Shown here piece after piece: positions 38,868 through 49,237 of a stretch of 64,000 nucleotides of DNA. The stretch is from an uncultured Acidobacteriota bacterium (lineage in GTDB: Bacteria > Acidobacteriota > Terriglobia > UBA7540), in assembly GCA_963804995.1 (NCBI GenBank), contig CAWDSK010000009.1, positions 64,001 through 128,000 of the forward strand, in the 5' to 3' direction. A model generated the notes under the pieces. The model saw only the letters and a list, made by a program, of their open reading frames with translations, did no database searches and had not been told where the DNA came from. Position 1 is the first letter of the stretch, and each line of letters opens with the position of its first letter. A program made the translations under genes and the position numbers.

Positions 38868-40299
38868 ACTTTCTCCTCTCTCACTAACTGCCCTTTGAGT
38901 ATCTGTTCAGGATGACGGGCGAGTCTATTTTAGGATGCCAAATTCGGCAATTGGGTTTAAAGCTAGGTGCACTTTAACTTGCTCTTGATCTCAGTCAGTA
39001 TCCCATTAATCCCGGATGGCGACAAGGCCTGCGGAGGACAACCAAGACAATTTACGACTAGATTACGCTGCAGAAGTGCGCGGGCCAAGCCGTCACCGAG
39101 AATGTCCGCCAGACACTCGCCCACTGGCCGCCCTGAAGAGCGGCGCAGATACAGAACAGGTAGGCGCGAACTTCGTGCGGTAAGAACATGGAACTCAGTA
39201 CGCCAGTCCCGAAGGGGAAAAAAGCGGGCCTGGTGATTTACTCTCGGCCGTGGCCTTGAGGCGGTACATGAGTTCGCCCCAGGTGGTTGTGCACATCACG
39301 ATTGACAGTTTGATTTGCGCCTTATTGCCTCCCACTTTTCTCCAGCTCTATTTCTAGCCGCGATTTCCATCCAAGAGACCCCTCATCCGCTTCGTACCTC
39401 AGCACCTTCTCCCCGGGGAGAAGGTAGGAAATCAAACCGCCCTCTCCGAATCAAGCCCCCGCCCCTGAGGAGCCTATGGTTTTCTCCACCAATATTTTTA
39501 AGCGGTGGCGGGCAATTTGTCCCACCTAATTCATTTTTGGGCTACCGGTAGCCCATAGGTACATCTTTCACTTGCAATTACCCCTGTGTTAAATGTTAAT
39601 CTATATGTGAAGTGCCGGGTGCTGGGTACTAGGGACTTGAGCTAGGTGCTGAGGGCTGGGGAGAAACGGAAGGCGGCGAGCGCCCTTGGCGAGTCCCGAC
39701 CAGTCGGGATAGGCAGTAGGCAGCGAGCGCCCTCGGCGGGGCCCTCGCCCTACGAACTCGCGGCGGAAATCGCGCCCAGCCACGCCGATGCCTTGCTGAT
39801 GCGCCGAATGCAAGATGCCAACCTGCGAGAAGTCCGGCGACTCACCAATCTGCTGCTGAAGATCAAACGCCAGGATCGCAATATGGACCCCTTGGAAACG
39901 AGCGACGAGGACCATCTTAGCCACGATATATCAGAAAACAAAAGCACTTAGGGGTGGAATGGCAAAAATGTCATAACGCCTATGTATTTGAAATTAAATA
40001 AGCTAGTTATAGTTGTAAAGCCACGATGTTGATGAAAAGAAATGGGGTTATTGAAAATGCAGGGGAAGTGGAAAGATGAAACCAGCACTCGGGACGAGGG
40101 CTTCGAAACCCGCTGCGGGATAGACGGGGTGGAGGCAGCAGGTTGGATTTCATCTACCGTGTGGGGTGCCCGGGCGAATTGCCGGGGCTCTGCTCCGTGC
40201 CCAGACGAAGGTCACGAACTTCACCAAAGCCCCCGGCACGTGCAACGAACCCGAAGGCATCTTCGCAAAACCGCCCATACGAAGGTGCCAAAGGGAATA

Positions 40300-40507
40300 A
40301 CCACCCCAGCGCCTGGCGCCACCCCTCCTGAATCAGGAGGGGAGTTCTTAACGGCTCCCCGCCTCAGATGAGGCTGTATCAAAACTAGGCATTTTCAGAC
40401 TTTTGCACAGCGTAAGTTATTGATTATTCGTTCCAAAAACAGTGATTTTGCCAGTTTTGGGACGGCCTCAGATGAGGAGGGGTGGCGCGCCGAGCGCCGG
40501 GGTGGTG
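40300..40507. repeat. REP-like doublet (ACCACCCC...GGGGTGGT) interrupted by a MITE
   Basis: accaccccagcgcctggcgccacccctcc ... ggaggggtggcgcgccgagcgccggggtggt. Confidence 0.75.
40372..40467. mobile_element. 96-bp MITE with IS1182/IS5-like ends
   Basis: Ends GGCTGTATCAAAACT / AGTTTTGGGACGGCC; TCAGATGA duplicated at 40364-40371 and 40468-40475. Confidence 0.72.
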
Positions 40508-40553
40508 CTGAAAAGGTAGCTGAATGGCAAAGTCTGGCAAGGTTTCGAAGCCG

Positions 40554-41759
40554 CTATTTGGGTTGAAGGACAAACGGGTAAGCGCGGCTGACTTGGGCAG
40601 TATGTTCTCTCATATCCAATTCGCGATAAACCTGGCCGGCAATTTCCGCGGCGTGGGGACCGTACATCATGCGCCCGCCGCGCAGCAACACCACCACGAC
40701 GTACTTCGCCTGCGGCCCGCCCGCGAAGGAAGCAAACCAGCCCAGCCGCGCGCCGTTCTCGCTGCACGTTCCGGTCTTGCCGAAAATCGAGAGGTCCGGA
40801 TCGTAGGCCGACCGCCCCGTCCCGTAGAGCACCGTGCCGGCCAGGCCATCGCGGATTTGGGGAAGGTATTCAGCCAAGTCATCGAGGCGCCGTCGCACGA
40901 CCGGTTGGAACGCGGCCAGTTCGTCAGCGGTGCGTGGATACTGCAAAGCATAGAGCGTGCCACCGTTGGCGATGGAGGAAATGAGGGCGGCCATCTGCAA
41001 GATGGTCACGTCAATACTGGTGCCGCAGTAAGCCAGAAACCCGACCCCGCCTTCCTTGGGTGGAGCAGCAGGATAGGAACCCGCGGATTCACCCGGGATA
41101 TCCAGTCCGGCTTTCTCTCCGAAGCCGAATTCACGCGCGTAATCAGTAATGTGCTTAAAGCCCAGCATCTCTCCCACCCGGCGGAAGAAGATGTTGTTCG
41201 AGTGCGCCAGGGCGTCGGTAAGATTGATGCGCGTCGGGCCGCCCACATAAAGCTTGGTGGAAGGAGTAATGATTCCTTCCCGAAGGGCCGCCAGCGCCAC
41301 CACGGGCTTGAACGTCGAGCAAGGCGTGAAGCCGCTCGAAAGCGCCAGCTTCTGATTGACCATGCTCAGAATGCGCCCCGTGTTGGGATCGACAACCACG
41401 ATGCTGCCGTTCCAACGTCCGAGGGCGCTGAGTGCGGCTTGCCGAATGACGGGATCGTCGCCAGCGGGATTGTCTTCGGCGGCGGGATCGCCGTAGGAAC
41501 CGATCGCCCAGGGATCACGCGCTGTTCGCGAGCGATGGGTGCTGCGGGTTGCGGTCAGCCGGCGGACTTGAGGCTTTGAGGTGGAGGCTGAGGACTTGGG
41601 AGACGTTGTGGAAGAATCAGGCTTCGGGCTCGCGCCGGGCGCAGCGGCGATACCTAGATTGGCTCCTAATGACCAGACAGTAGCCAGGGCCAGGATGGCA
41701 ATTTTTTTCAACAAGATTTTCCGCAGACCTCCGTGGTTAAGGTTGACTTTGGCCTTCAC
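40554..41759 (-). CDS. penicillin-binding transpeptidase-domain protein (start uncertain)
   Basis: STFK, SNN, KTG motifs; signal peptide. Confidence 0.88.
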   Translation of the reverse strand: MKAKVNLNHGGLRKILLKKIAILALATVWSLGANLGIAAAPGASPKPDSSTTSPKSSASTSKPQVRRLTATRSTHRSRTARDPWAIGSYGDPAAEDNPAGDDPVIRQAALSALGRWNGSIVVVDPNTGRILSMVNQKLALSSGFTPCSTFKPVVALAALREGIITPSTKLYVGGPTRINLTDALAHSNNIFFRRVGEMLGFKHITDYAREFGFGEKAGLDIPGESAGSYPAAPPKEGGVGFLAYCGTSIDVTILQMAALISSIANGGTLYALQYPRTADELAAFQPVVRRRLDDLAEYLPQIRDGLAGTVLYGTGRSAYDPDLSIFGKTGTCSENGARLGWFASFAGGPQAKYVVVVLLRGGRMMYGPHAAEIAGQVYRELDMREHTAQVSRAYPFVLQPK

Positions 41760-41864
41760 TCCGTCTCCGCTGGCGCCCGTGAACGAAGGAAGGTCACGAC
41801 GCGGACTCATCTTACCATGTGCCCGGCGATCCAAACCCGCTGAGCAGTTCCGTTCCCTGCTTCC

Positions 41865-42932
41865 TCACTTCTTGCTACGAGCCGGGGCTGAGCCTTCCCC
41901 AGACGCTGCCGCGGCGGCTTGCTCCTGTTTCATGGGCAGGTTCAGAGCCTTGCGAACCTCGCCGTCCAATTTCTTGAAGATATCGACGTTGTCGCGCAAA
42001 AACTGCCGGGCGTTTTCCCGGCCCTGTCCTATGCGCTCACCGCCGTATGAAAACCACGCGCCGCTCTTTTCCAGAATGTTGCGCTCGGCGGCGATATCCA
42101 GCAGATCGCCCTCTTTGGATATCCCCTCGCCGTACAGGATATCAAACTCCGCCTCGCGAAAGGGAGCGGCCATTTTATTTTTGACGATTTTCACTTTAGT
42201 GCGGTTCCCCACCACGCGGTCGCCGTCCTTGATGGCGGCAATGCGGCGGATGTCCACGCGCACGGAGGAGTAGAACTTGAGCGCCCGGCCGCCTGTGGTG
42301 GTTTCGGGATTGCCGAACATCACTCCGATTTTTTCGCGAATCTGGTTGATGAAGATAAAGCAGGTTTTCGACCTGGCCACGATGGCGGTAAGCTTGCGCA
42401 GGGCTTGCGACATCAGACGCGCATGCAGGCCGGGAAGGGAATCGCCCATGTCGCCATCGAGTTCGGCTTTAGGGACGAGCGCCGCGACCGAATCCACCAC
42501 CAGCACGTCAACCGCGTTCGAGCGCACCAGCGACTCGGCGATTTCAAGCGCTTGCTCGCCGTAGTCGGGCTGCGAGACCAGGAGGTTATCGATGTCCACG
42601 CCCAGCTTTTTGGCGTAGGCAGCGTCCATGGCATGCTCAGCGTCAATGTAAGCCGCCATTCCGCCGCGCTTCTGCGCCTCAGCCACCACGTGCAAGGCGA
42701 TAGTGGTTTTGCCGCTCGACTCGGGGCCGAAGATTTCAACCACCCTGCCGCGCGGCATGCCGCCTACACCCAGTGCAGCGTCAAAGGAAATCGAGCCGGT
42801 GGGGATGATCTCCACAGGCACCAGGGCTTCCTTCGAGCCCAAGCGCATGATCGAGCCCTTGCCGAATTGCTTTTCGATCTGTATCAGGGCCAGATCAATG
42901 GCCTTGTTCTTCTCAGTTCGGTCTTCCGGCAT
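41865..42932 (-). CDS. recA: recombinase RecA
   Basis: [28 protein letters not shown]. Confidence 0.99.
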   Translation of the reverse strand: MPEDRTEKNKAIDLALIQIEKQFGKGSIMRLGSKEALVPVEIIPTGSISFDAALGVGGMPRGRVVEIFGPESSGKTTIALHVVAEAQKRGGMAAYIDAEHAMDAAYAKKLGVDIDNLLVSQPDYGEQALEIAESLVRSNAVDVLVVDSVAALVPKAELDGDMGDSLPGLHARLMSQALRKLTAIVARSKTCFIFINQIREKIGVMFGNPETTTGGRALKFYSSVRVDIRRIAAIKDGDRVVGNRTKVKIVKNKMAAPFREAEFDILYGEGISKEGDLLDIAAERNILEKSGAWFSYGGERIGQGRENARQFLRDNVDIFKKLDGEVRKALNLPMKQEQAAAAASGEGSAPARSKK

Positions 42933-43153
42933 TTAGAATTCTCCCTTCCAATTTCCTTAATGGACTGGCGTTGGTTTGTTTCCTCGCCTTGGGGAAGACT
43001 TCAGCCGCAATCTCCATGTGTCCACCTGTTACGGTTGGCTCGTCCCCCACATATATCCTTCGGCAGCCCAGCGGTGAATCATGAGAAAATCTTTATAAAG
43101 GGTCGTGTTGCCAGTCTCAACTCAGCCCTGGACCTGAGTCCGGGAGAAGTCCC

Positions 43154-43555
43154 TCACCCACCCTTTCGAGTACCCCCCACGCGGGCTTTTCGCAGAGGTG
43201 GCTTGATGATGCGACCCCGGGGCCCTGCTGTGCGTCGGGCTCTTTTCGTCAACGCCATCCGTGTTTCGAGCCAGCGCTTGAGCGATTGCGGGCTTTCACC
43301 CGAGGGCCGCCCCACAATCAGGCTATCAACACTGAGATCCTCATCGAGGTCGGGCCAGTGTATGCCTTCCCCGTCGGCAATCAACCGCCAGTTGTTCCGT
43401 TCCCCCGCCGTGCCGTTGAGCAAGCGGGGATACCACACCAAAGGCGCCGTAATGCTCCTGCCGTCAATGAGGTCAATGACCAGACTGTCCTCAGTTACAG
43501 CCACGCGCTGGGCCCTTGCTTCACGCACGGGGTTGTTCAAAGGTACCGTGGGCAT
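43154..43555 (-). CDS. DUF2442 domain protein (TA-associated, partner absent)
   Basis: DGRSITAPLVWYPRL...GIHWPDLDEDLSV. Confidence 0.85.
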   Translation of the reverse strand: MPTVPLNNPVREARAQRVAVTEDSLVIDLIDGRSITAPLVWYPRLLNGTAGERNNWRLIADGEGIHWPDLDEDLSVDSLIVGRPSGESPQSLKRWLETRMALTKRARRTAGPRGRIIKPPLRKARVGGTRKGG

Positions 43556-43618
43556 AAGTGGATGAATCGCCGCTTAGACTTCGCCCCCCCATTCAGCCAA
43601 GATCATCATACCTTACAC

Positions 43619-44476
43619 CTAGCTGCGCGGATACTCGTAAAACCCGCGTCCGGTCTTGCACCCCAGCCACCCGGCGGCGACCATCTTTTCGAGCAGCGGG
43701 CAGGGGCGATACTTGGGGTCACGCAGGCTTCCGTAGAGGACCATCATGATATCCAGGCAAACGTCCAGGCCGATCAGGTCAGCGAGTTCGAGCGGCCCCA
43801 TGGGATGGTTCATGCCCAGCTTCATCACGTTGTCGACGCCCGCGGCATCAGCCACACCTTCCATCAGGCAGAAAATCGCCTCGTTGATCATGGGCATCAG
43901 CACGCGGTTCGAAACGAATCCGGGAAAGTCGTTCACGCGGACTGCGGTCTTACCTGCCGACTCGGCAAGCCGGATGGCTCGCTCAACGGTTTCTTCCGCG
44001 GTCTGGAGGCCCGGCACGACTTCCACCAGCTTCATCACCGGCACGGGATTGAAAAAGTGCAGGCCGACGAATTTTGTGGGGCGTTGGGTCGAAGCCGCCA
44101 GGCGCGTGATGGAAATTGAAGATGTGTTTGAGGCAAAGATCGTTTCCGGACGGCAGTGCGGCTCGAGCGAGTGGAAGACGCCAGCCTTTGCTTCAAACTT
44201 CTCCGTCACCGCCTCGATGATGAAGTCAGCCTCAGCAAGCTCCGCAACCACGGTAGTGGCTTTCAGGCGATTGACCGCCTGCTGGCGCTGTTCTTCCGTC
44301 AGGCGTTCTTTTTCCACATCACGCGCCAGGCCCTTGGCAATCCGTTTCGCGCCGGCTTCAACGAAGTCCTGGGATATGTCCAGCAACACCACGCGATGCC
44401 CCGCGCGAAGCATGACGTGTGCAATGCCATGGCCCATCTGGCCAGCGCCGACCACGCCAATCGTGGAGGTTTCCAT
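43619..44476 (-). CDS. hbd: 3-hydroxybutyryl-CoA dehydrogenase
   Basis: GAGQMGHGIA, SNTSS, HFFNP, PGFVSNR, PMGPL. Confidence 0.93.
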   Translation of the reverse strand: METSTIGVVGAGQMGHGIAHVMLRAGHRVVLLDISQDFVEAGAKRIAKGLARDVEKERLTEEQRQQAVNRLKATTVVAELAEADFIIEAVTEKFEAKAGVFHSLEPHCRPETIFASNTSSISITRLAASTQRPTKFVGLHFFNPVPVMKLVEVVPGLQTAEETVERAIRLAESAGKTAVRVNDFPGFVSNRVLMPMINEAIFCLMEGVADAAGVDNVMKLGMNHPMGPLELADLIGLDVCLDIMMVLYGSLRDPKYRPCPLLEKMVAAGWLGCKTGRGFYEYPRS

Positions 44477-44749
44477 GTCAATCTCCGCACTTGAGACTTG
44501 GAAAAGCTCTAAGCTCAATCAACTTGCCCGAAACTCGAAATTGGAAAATCGAAACTCAACCGGAGCTTCCAGGGTGAGTTTCGAGGGTGGCGCATACATT
44601 GCTTTGGATGTATGCGTCCCATCCACTGACACTGCCTCACAGCCTCTAAGCCCACCCCGGTTGCAGCTTTGGTTGAGCGCGTACATGAACGGCAATGTAT
44701 GCGCCACCCGCGAAGGAAGAACCCACGGACAGAAAAGCACTGTCCGTGG

Positions 44750-44787
44750 CTACCCGCTTTGTCGCCCTCCGGGCCGATATTATGCGG
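44750..44787 (-). pseudogene. BrnT toxin 3' remnant abutting a REP
   Basis: RIISARRATKR; 23 bp identical to 47059-47081 inside the BrnT gene. Confidence 0.6.
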
Positions 44788-44834
44788 GTGTAGCACAATT
44801 GACATCAAGCCCACGAGCTTCTAAACTGGCAAGC

Positions 44835-45059
44835 ATGGAAGTTAACTTTACTCCCCATACCGAAGCGCAGCTCAAGGAATTTGCTGCCCGCAAAGGCAAG
44901 GACGCCGCGCAGGTGGTGGAAGAGGCGGTCAGCAACATGCTCGAACGGCAGGCCCGCTTCGTGGAAGGCGTACAGCGCGGCATCGCATCCGCCGATCGCG
45001 GCGACCTGATCGATCACGAGGAAGTCGTCAGCCGCATTGACCGGCTCTTCGAATCGTGA
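44835..45059 (+). CDS. CopG/ParD-like antitoxin
   Basis: VQRGIASADRGDLIDHEEV; promoter TTGACA-17-TAAACT at 44799-44827. Confidence 0.82.
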   Translation: MEVNFTPHTEAQLKEFAARKGKDAAQVVEEAVSNMLERQARFVEGVQRGIASADRGDLIDHEEVVSRIDRLFES

Positions 45060-45331
45060 CCCGCATCCGGTGGACAACCGAAGCCGCCGACCAGCTTGAA
45101 GGCATCGTTAAGCACATCCTAGAGGACAACCACCAGGCCGCCCGTAAGGTTGCCCGGGCGATTCTTGACCGTATCGGGGACCTGAAGCATTTCCCCCGCC
45201 TTGGCCGCCCCGGCGAGGAAGTCGAAGGAACCCGCGAACTGCACAGCCCGCCTTACGTTATCGTTTACCGTCTCAAGAATGACGTTGCCGAGATCCTCTA
45301 CATCTGGCATGGCGCGCAGGATTGGCGCTAA
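45056..45331 (+). CDS. RelE/ParE family toxin
   Basis: IRWTTEA, GRPG..GTREL, PYVIVYR, IWHGAQD. Confidence 0.92.
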   Translation: MTRIRWTTEAADQLEGIVKHILEDNHQAARKVARAILDRIGDLKHFPRLGRPGEEVEGTRELHSPPYVIVYRLKNDVAEILYIWHGAQDWR

Positions 45332-45374
45332 CGAAAAGGCGCGGACCTTGCGAACAGGTTCGCGCTACACCTGC

Positions 45375-46102
45375 TCATTTGAGCGGGCGCAGGAACTTCG
45401 AAGCTAGCTCGGTGAACTTGAGAGCAACCCACCTGGGGGGGATCGCTGGATGGCTACGTGCCCATCAAAATTACCGAATACCCGCTGCATCCTTTTGGAC
45501 AGGACGTATATTGGGCGCCCAATGCGGTCCTGTCCAATGGAACTAATCTTCACTGCCTTCTTCAAGAGGCGGCTCCCCTTTCCACCCTTTACCAAGACAA
45601 GAAACTCTCTCTGGTCTTTGAAGACCTCTCTATGCTTGACGTGGAAATTATTGCGGAATAATCGGCTTAATTCGACGCCGGTGAATGACGTTGCCAAACC
45701 TGCATGGGTCACAACGAAATAACCGATGATATAAAGTGCGGGTTTGCACTCAAAGCCCCATCCCTTGAGCCCTGCGTAGAAGACGAGAAGGCTCCCCGCA
45801 GCAAGTCTCTCCAATGACACTTTGGGAATTGTGGGATCGCCATATGTGAACGTCTCGAACTCAGGATCAACGTGAATGGACTGGCCATGCATGGCTTCTC
45901 GTCGCCGTTCGGGAAAGTATTCGATCAATCTTGACCCATGCCTTCCGTATGTGTTTCCGTAAGTCCTCTTGTCGATTCCGCGACCTCGGGAATTATCGGG
46001 AATTGGAATGTACTCGAACGAACCATCTTTGAATCTGGGTCCGACGATTCCCCCAGACCCAGACCCTGTATCAATGCCAACTCTCAGCAAGACTACTCGC
46101 AT
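45375..46102 (-). CDS. Nmad3-like nucleotide modification-associated protein; probable 1-nt loss in the C7 run at 45435-45441
   Basis: LRVGIDTG, GPRFKDGSFEYIPIPD, HVDPEFETFTYGD, LVFYAGL; adding one C gives QRSPPRWV...LRPLK*. Confidence 0.75.
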
Positions 46103-46692
46103 CGTTTAGCTTGACTCCTTTCCGCTTTGATGGGGAGCTCCCCCTTAAGTTTCTCAACCGCGATGCGACATCGATCCAGAATGTTTTCCTTGCCCTCGAA
46201 GTGTTCCAGAATCTGCTTTGTCTTTCCCAGGCTGAGCTTCTTTTGCATCTGCCGCGGGTTGTTATCGTAACGCGACTTCCCAAGAGGCCACGCATCGTTA
46301 AATGAAAACATTTTGAGGGGGCCGATTGCTGCGTAAAATCCCCCGGGTCGCAATTCATGTCGCTTTTTCTTGATAAGGCCAACAACGTACACCTTTCCCA
46401 AGTGTTTCGAACCCTTACACCTGCACGTGGTGAAGAGAAACAGATACTTTTCCTTGCTCTTCAGGAATCCCCGGATATTCTCCTGATTGCACTCGCCGCA
46501 GTAGTTTTCGGCGCACTTCTCAATGTAGGGTTCGGTTTTGTATCCATGCTTTTGTTTATTTAGCACGTCGCGCACTGGGAGTTTCGAAGACGGCGAGTGA
46601 TAGAAGAAATGGAGACGGCCCTTCTCATCGAGATCGGAGAAGTTTGGACAAAGCGGACTAGCCTTTCGAATTTGCGTTTGGCCGCATGTCAT
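46093..46692 (-). CDS. hypothetical Cys/Lys-rich protein coupled to the Nmad3-like gene
   Basis: 199-aa ORF, AT-richer, 10-bp overlap with the downstream start. Confidence 0.7.
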   Translation of the reverse strand: MTCGQTQIRKASPLCPNFSDLDEKGRLHFFYHSPSSKLPVRDVLNKQKHGYKTEPYIEKCAENYCGECNQENIRGFLKSKEKYLFLFTTCRCKGSKHLGKVYVVGLIKKKRHELRPGGFYAAIGPLKMFSFNDAWPLGKSRYDNNPRQMQKKLSLGKTKQILEHFEGKENILDRCRIAVEKLKGELPIKAERSQAKRCE

Positions 46693-46729
46693 TGCGCTGC
46701 TCCATCATGGCGATGGCCGGGACAGAGAA

Positions 46730-47056
46730 TTAACCCTCCAAGGCCCGTTGTACCCCTTCCGGGCTGCGAGCGATGACGGTAAGATAGGCTTGCGTTGGCT
46801 GATCGGGCGTGGCACGCCCCTGTTCCCAATCGCGGAGTGTGCCAAGAGGAATACGATAGCGGGCGGAAAATTCCTCCTGGGTCAAACCCAGAGCGCGGCG
46901 AATAATCTTGATCCGTGGCGTTCGCTTCATGCGCTTGAGATCGGCTGCGGTGAGGGGCATGGCATCAGGATCAGCCAATGCCGCGCGTTCAACAGCGCTT
47001 GGCGTCATCGGTTGAATTCCCTCGCGGTTCTTGCTGGAAGTACGCTTCGTGCTCAT
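46730..47056 (-). CDS. XRE/HTH antitoxin
   Basis: AALADPDA, IRRALGLTQEEFS...TLRDWEQGR. Confidence 0.88.
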   Translation of the reverse strand: MSTKRTSSKNREGIQPMTPSAVERAALADPDAMPLTAADLKRMKRTPRIKIIRRALGLTQEEFSARYRIPLGTLRDWEQGRATPDQPTQAYLTVIARSPEGVQRALEG

Positions 47057-47303
47057 GTTTTGTCGCCCTCCGGGCCGATATCATTCGGACAATCTCGTTT
47101 CGCTCGGTATAGACCACATAAAGAAGGTGGCCGTCCACCATGCCTATAATAACGAATCGCTCTTCGCCGTAATCTTGGCGGTCGTCGAGAAACTCGATGG
47201 CAAACACGTCATTAAACACCCCTTTGGCCAAGTCGAAGCTGACGCCGTGCTTGGCGTAATTATTTCTTGCTTTCGCTTTATCCCATCCAAATTTCAGATT
47301 CAT
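46989..47303 (-). CDS. BrnT family toxin
   Basis: WDKAKARNNYAKHGVSF, DYGEERF, RMISARRAT. Confidence 0.9.
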   Translation of the reverse strand: MNLKFGWDKAKARNNYAKHGVSFDLAKGVFNDVFAIEFLDDRQDYGEERFVIIGMVDGHLLYVVYTERNEIVRMISARRATKHEHEAYFQQEPRGNSTDDAKRC

Positions 47304-47373
47304 AGTGTACGGGATTTCAGTACTTCAGTCAAGGGGCGATTGTCGCTGTACGCTCCTGAAGACTTGATGCATC

Positions 47374-48554
47374 CTACACATGTTCAACCGCCAGCGCCAC
47401 GGCGTTACCGCCGCCGAGGCACAGGGCGGCCACGCCTCGCTGGGCGTTGCGCCGGGCCATTTCGTAAAGCAGCGTCACCAGGACGCGCGCGCCGGAGGCG
47501 CCGATCGGGTGGCCCAGCGCCACAGCGCCGCCGTTCACGTTGGTCTTCGCTGGGTCGAGTCCCAATTCTTGTATCACCGCGATGGCCTGGACGGAGAAAG
47601 CCTCGTTCAATTCGAACAGGTCCACGTCCTCGGTCTTCCAATCCAGCTTCTTGAGCAGCATGCGCACAGCGTCGACCGGCGCCATCATCACCCACTTGGG
47701 CTCAACGCCGCTTACCGCCTGTCCCGCGACCCGCGCCAGGGGCGTCTTCCCCAATTCGCGAGCTTTTTCTGCCAACGTCACCACCAGCGCCGCGGCACCG
47801 TCATTCGTCCCGGAGCATTCCCGGCCGTGACCGTGCCGTCCGGCTTGAAAGCAGGCCGCAACTTCGCGAGCGCTTCAAGGGACGTATCCGCGCGCGGCGA
47901 TTCATCCGTGGCGAATTGGATAGGATCACCCTTCTTTTGCTTGACGGAGATGGGCACGATCTCGTCTTGGAACCGGCCGTTCTTGATTGCGTCGATAGCG
48001 CGGCGGTGGCTCTCCACGGCAAACGCATCCTGGCGCTGGCGGGTGATGCCGTATTTTTCCGCCACCAACTCACCCGTCATACCCATGTGGAAGTCCTCAT
48101 AGGCATCCCACAGGCCGTCGGTGATCATGGAGTCGAGCACTTTGCCGTGCCCAATCCGCATCCCGGCGCGGGCCTGGGGCAGCAGGTAGGGGCAGTTGGT
48201 CATCGATTCCATGCCGCCTGCCACCACGATTTCAGAATTGTTGGTTTCGATCGCCTGCGCGGCCAGCCCGACAGCCTTCAGACCCGAGCCGCAGACTTTG
48301 TTGATGGTCATGGCGGCGACATGGTTCGCGAGGCCACCTTTCAAACCCGCCTGCCGCGCGGGATTCTGCCCGAGCCCCGCCGAGACCACGTTACCCATGA
48401 TAATTTCGTCGACAAGCGCGGGCTCGATTCCCGCCCGGCGCACCACTTCGCGGACGGCGAACGCGCCCAAATCCACTGCGGAGAAAGGAGTAAGCGCACC
48501 CTGGAATTTTCCGATAGGCGTGCGGCAAGCTGAGATGATGACAGGTTCCTTCAT
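47374..48554 (-). CDS. acetyl-CoA C-acetyltransferase (thiolase); 1-nt loss near 47810
   Basis: [19 protein letters not shown] split across frames, [17 protein letters not shown]. Confidence 0.92.
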
Positions 48555-48569
48555 AGGGCGCCCCATTCT

Positions 48570-48983
48570 CTAAATCAGTTGAAGGTCGGGAAAATCCTTG
48601 GCGAACCGACCTGGATCGAGCGTGAACAAGCGGTCGGCGCAAAGGTGGGCATGCGCGCCGATAACAAAATCGGCCAAAAATCGCTTGGCATCACCACCGC
48701 CCGATTTCCGTCTGCGCCGTGCATAGCTGGCATATCTCTGGGCCGTTTCGCGCCATACCGCCTCGTCAAGTAGAAAATCCACCTCCACCCGCGTGTTGGC
48801 GAGGAAATGATCCATAAGGTGCTGCGTAGCCTTTGGGTGTGCCATAAGTTCAACATAAACGGGTGCAGAAATGACTAAGGCACCTTCGTTCGCCACGCGC
48901 CCAAGCAAGCTGGCCGCCTCCGCTGCAGGAGGATCGCCTGACCAGATGATGGAAATGACGTTCGTGTCTATGGCGGTTCTCAC
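48570..48983 (-). CDS. VapC PIN toxin
   Basis: AIDTNVI, YVEL, ADFVIGAHA, TLD. Confidence 0.9.
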   Translation of the reverse strand: MRTAIDTNVISIIWSGDPPAAEAASLLGRVANEGALVISAPVYVELMAHPKATQHLMDHFLANTRVEVDFLLDEAVWRETAQRYASYARRRRKSGGGDAKRFLADFVIGAHAHLCADRLFTLDPGRFAKDFPDLQLI

Positions 48984-49237
48984 TGTCCCGATGACTCCTC
49001 ATCATCTCGCATGCTGCGTACCCAGGCGTTGATTCCTTCCAATCCACCAGGGAACGGCCCTAGAACTCCTATATACTTTTCAAATGGATTCCCGGCAGCT
49101 CGAGCCGGTCGAATGACAGTTTCTTTGCCGCGGACGACGAACTCCACTCGGTCACCCACCCTCAAACCCAACCGAGTTCGAATCCTCTTCGGGACCGTGA
49201 CCTGCCCTTTGGTGCTGATGACACTGGAATCTGCCAT
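48980..49237 (-). CDS. AbrB/MazE family antitoxin
   Basis: STKGQVTVPKRIRTRLGLRVGDRV; promoter TTGACC-17-TATCCT upstream. Confidence 0.9.
   Translation of the reverse strand: MADSSVISTKGQVTVPKRIRTRLGLRVGDRVEFVVRGKETVIRPARAAGNPFEKYIGVLGPFPGGLEGINAWVRSMRDDEESSGQ

Noticed and set aside
39130..39175. Hammerhead ribozyme (CTGAAGA core)
   Set aside because: No correctly placed GAAA or stem III could be built.
43746..44834. 437-aa plus-strand ORF as one protein
   Set aside because: Mostly antisense to hbd and repeats; only 44835-45059 is the antitoxin.
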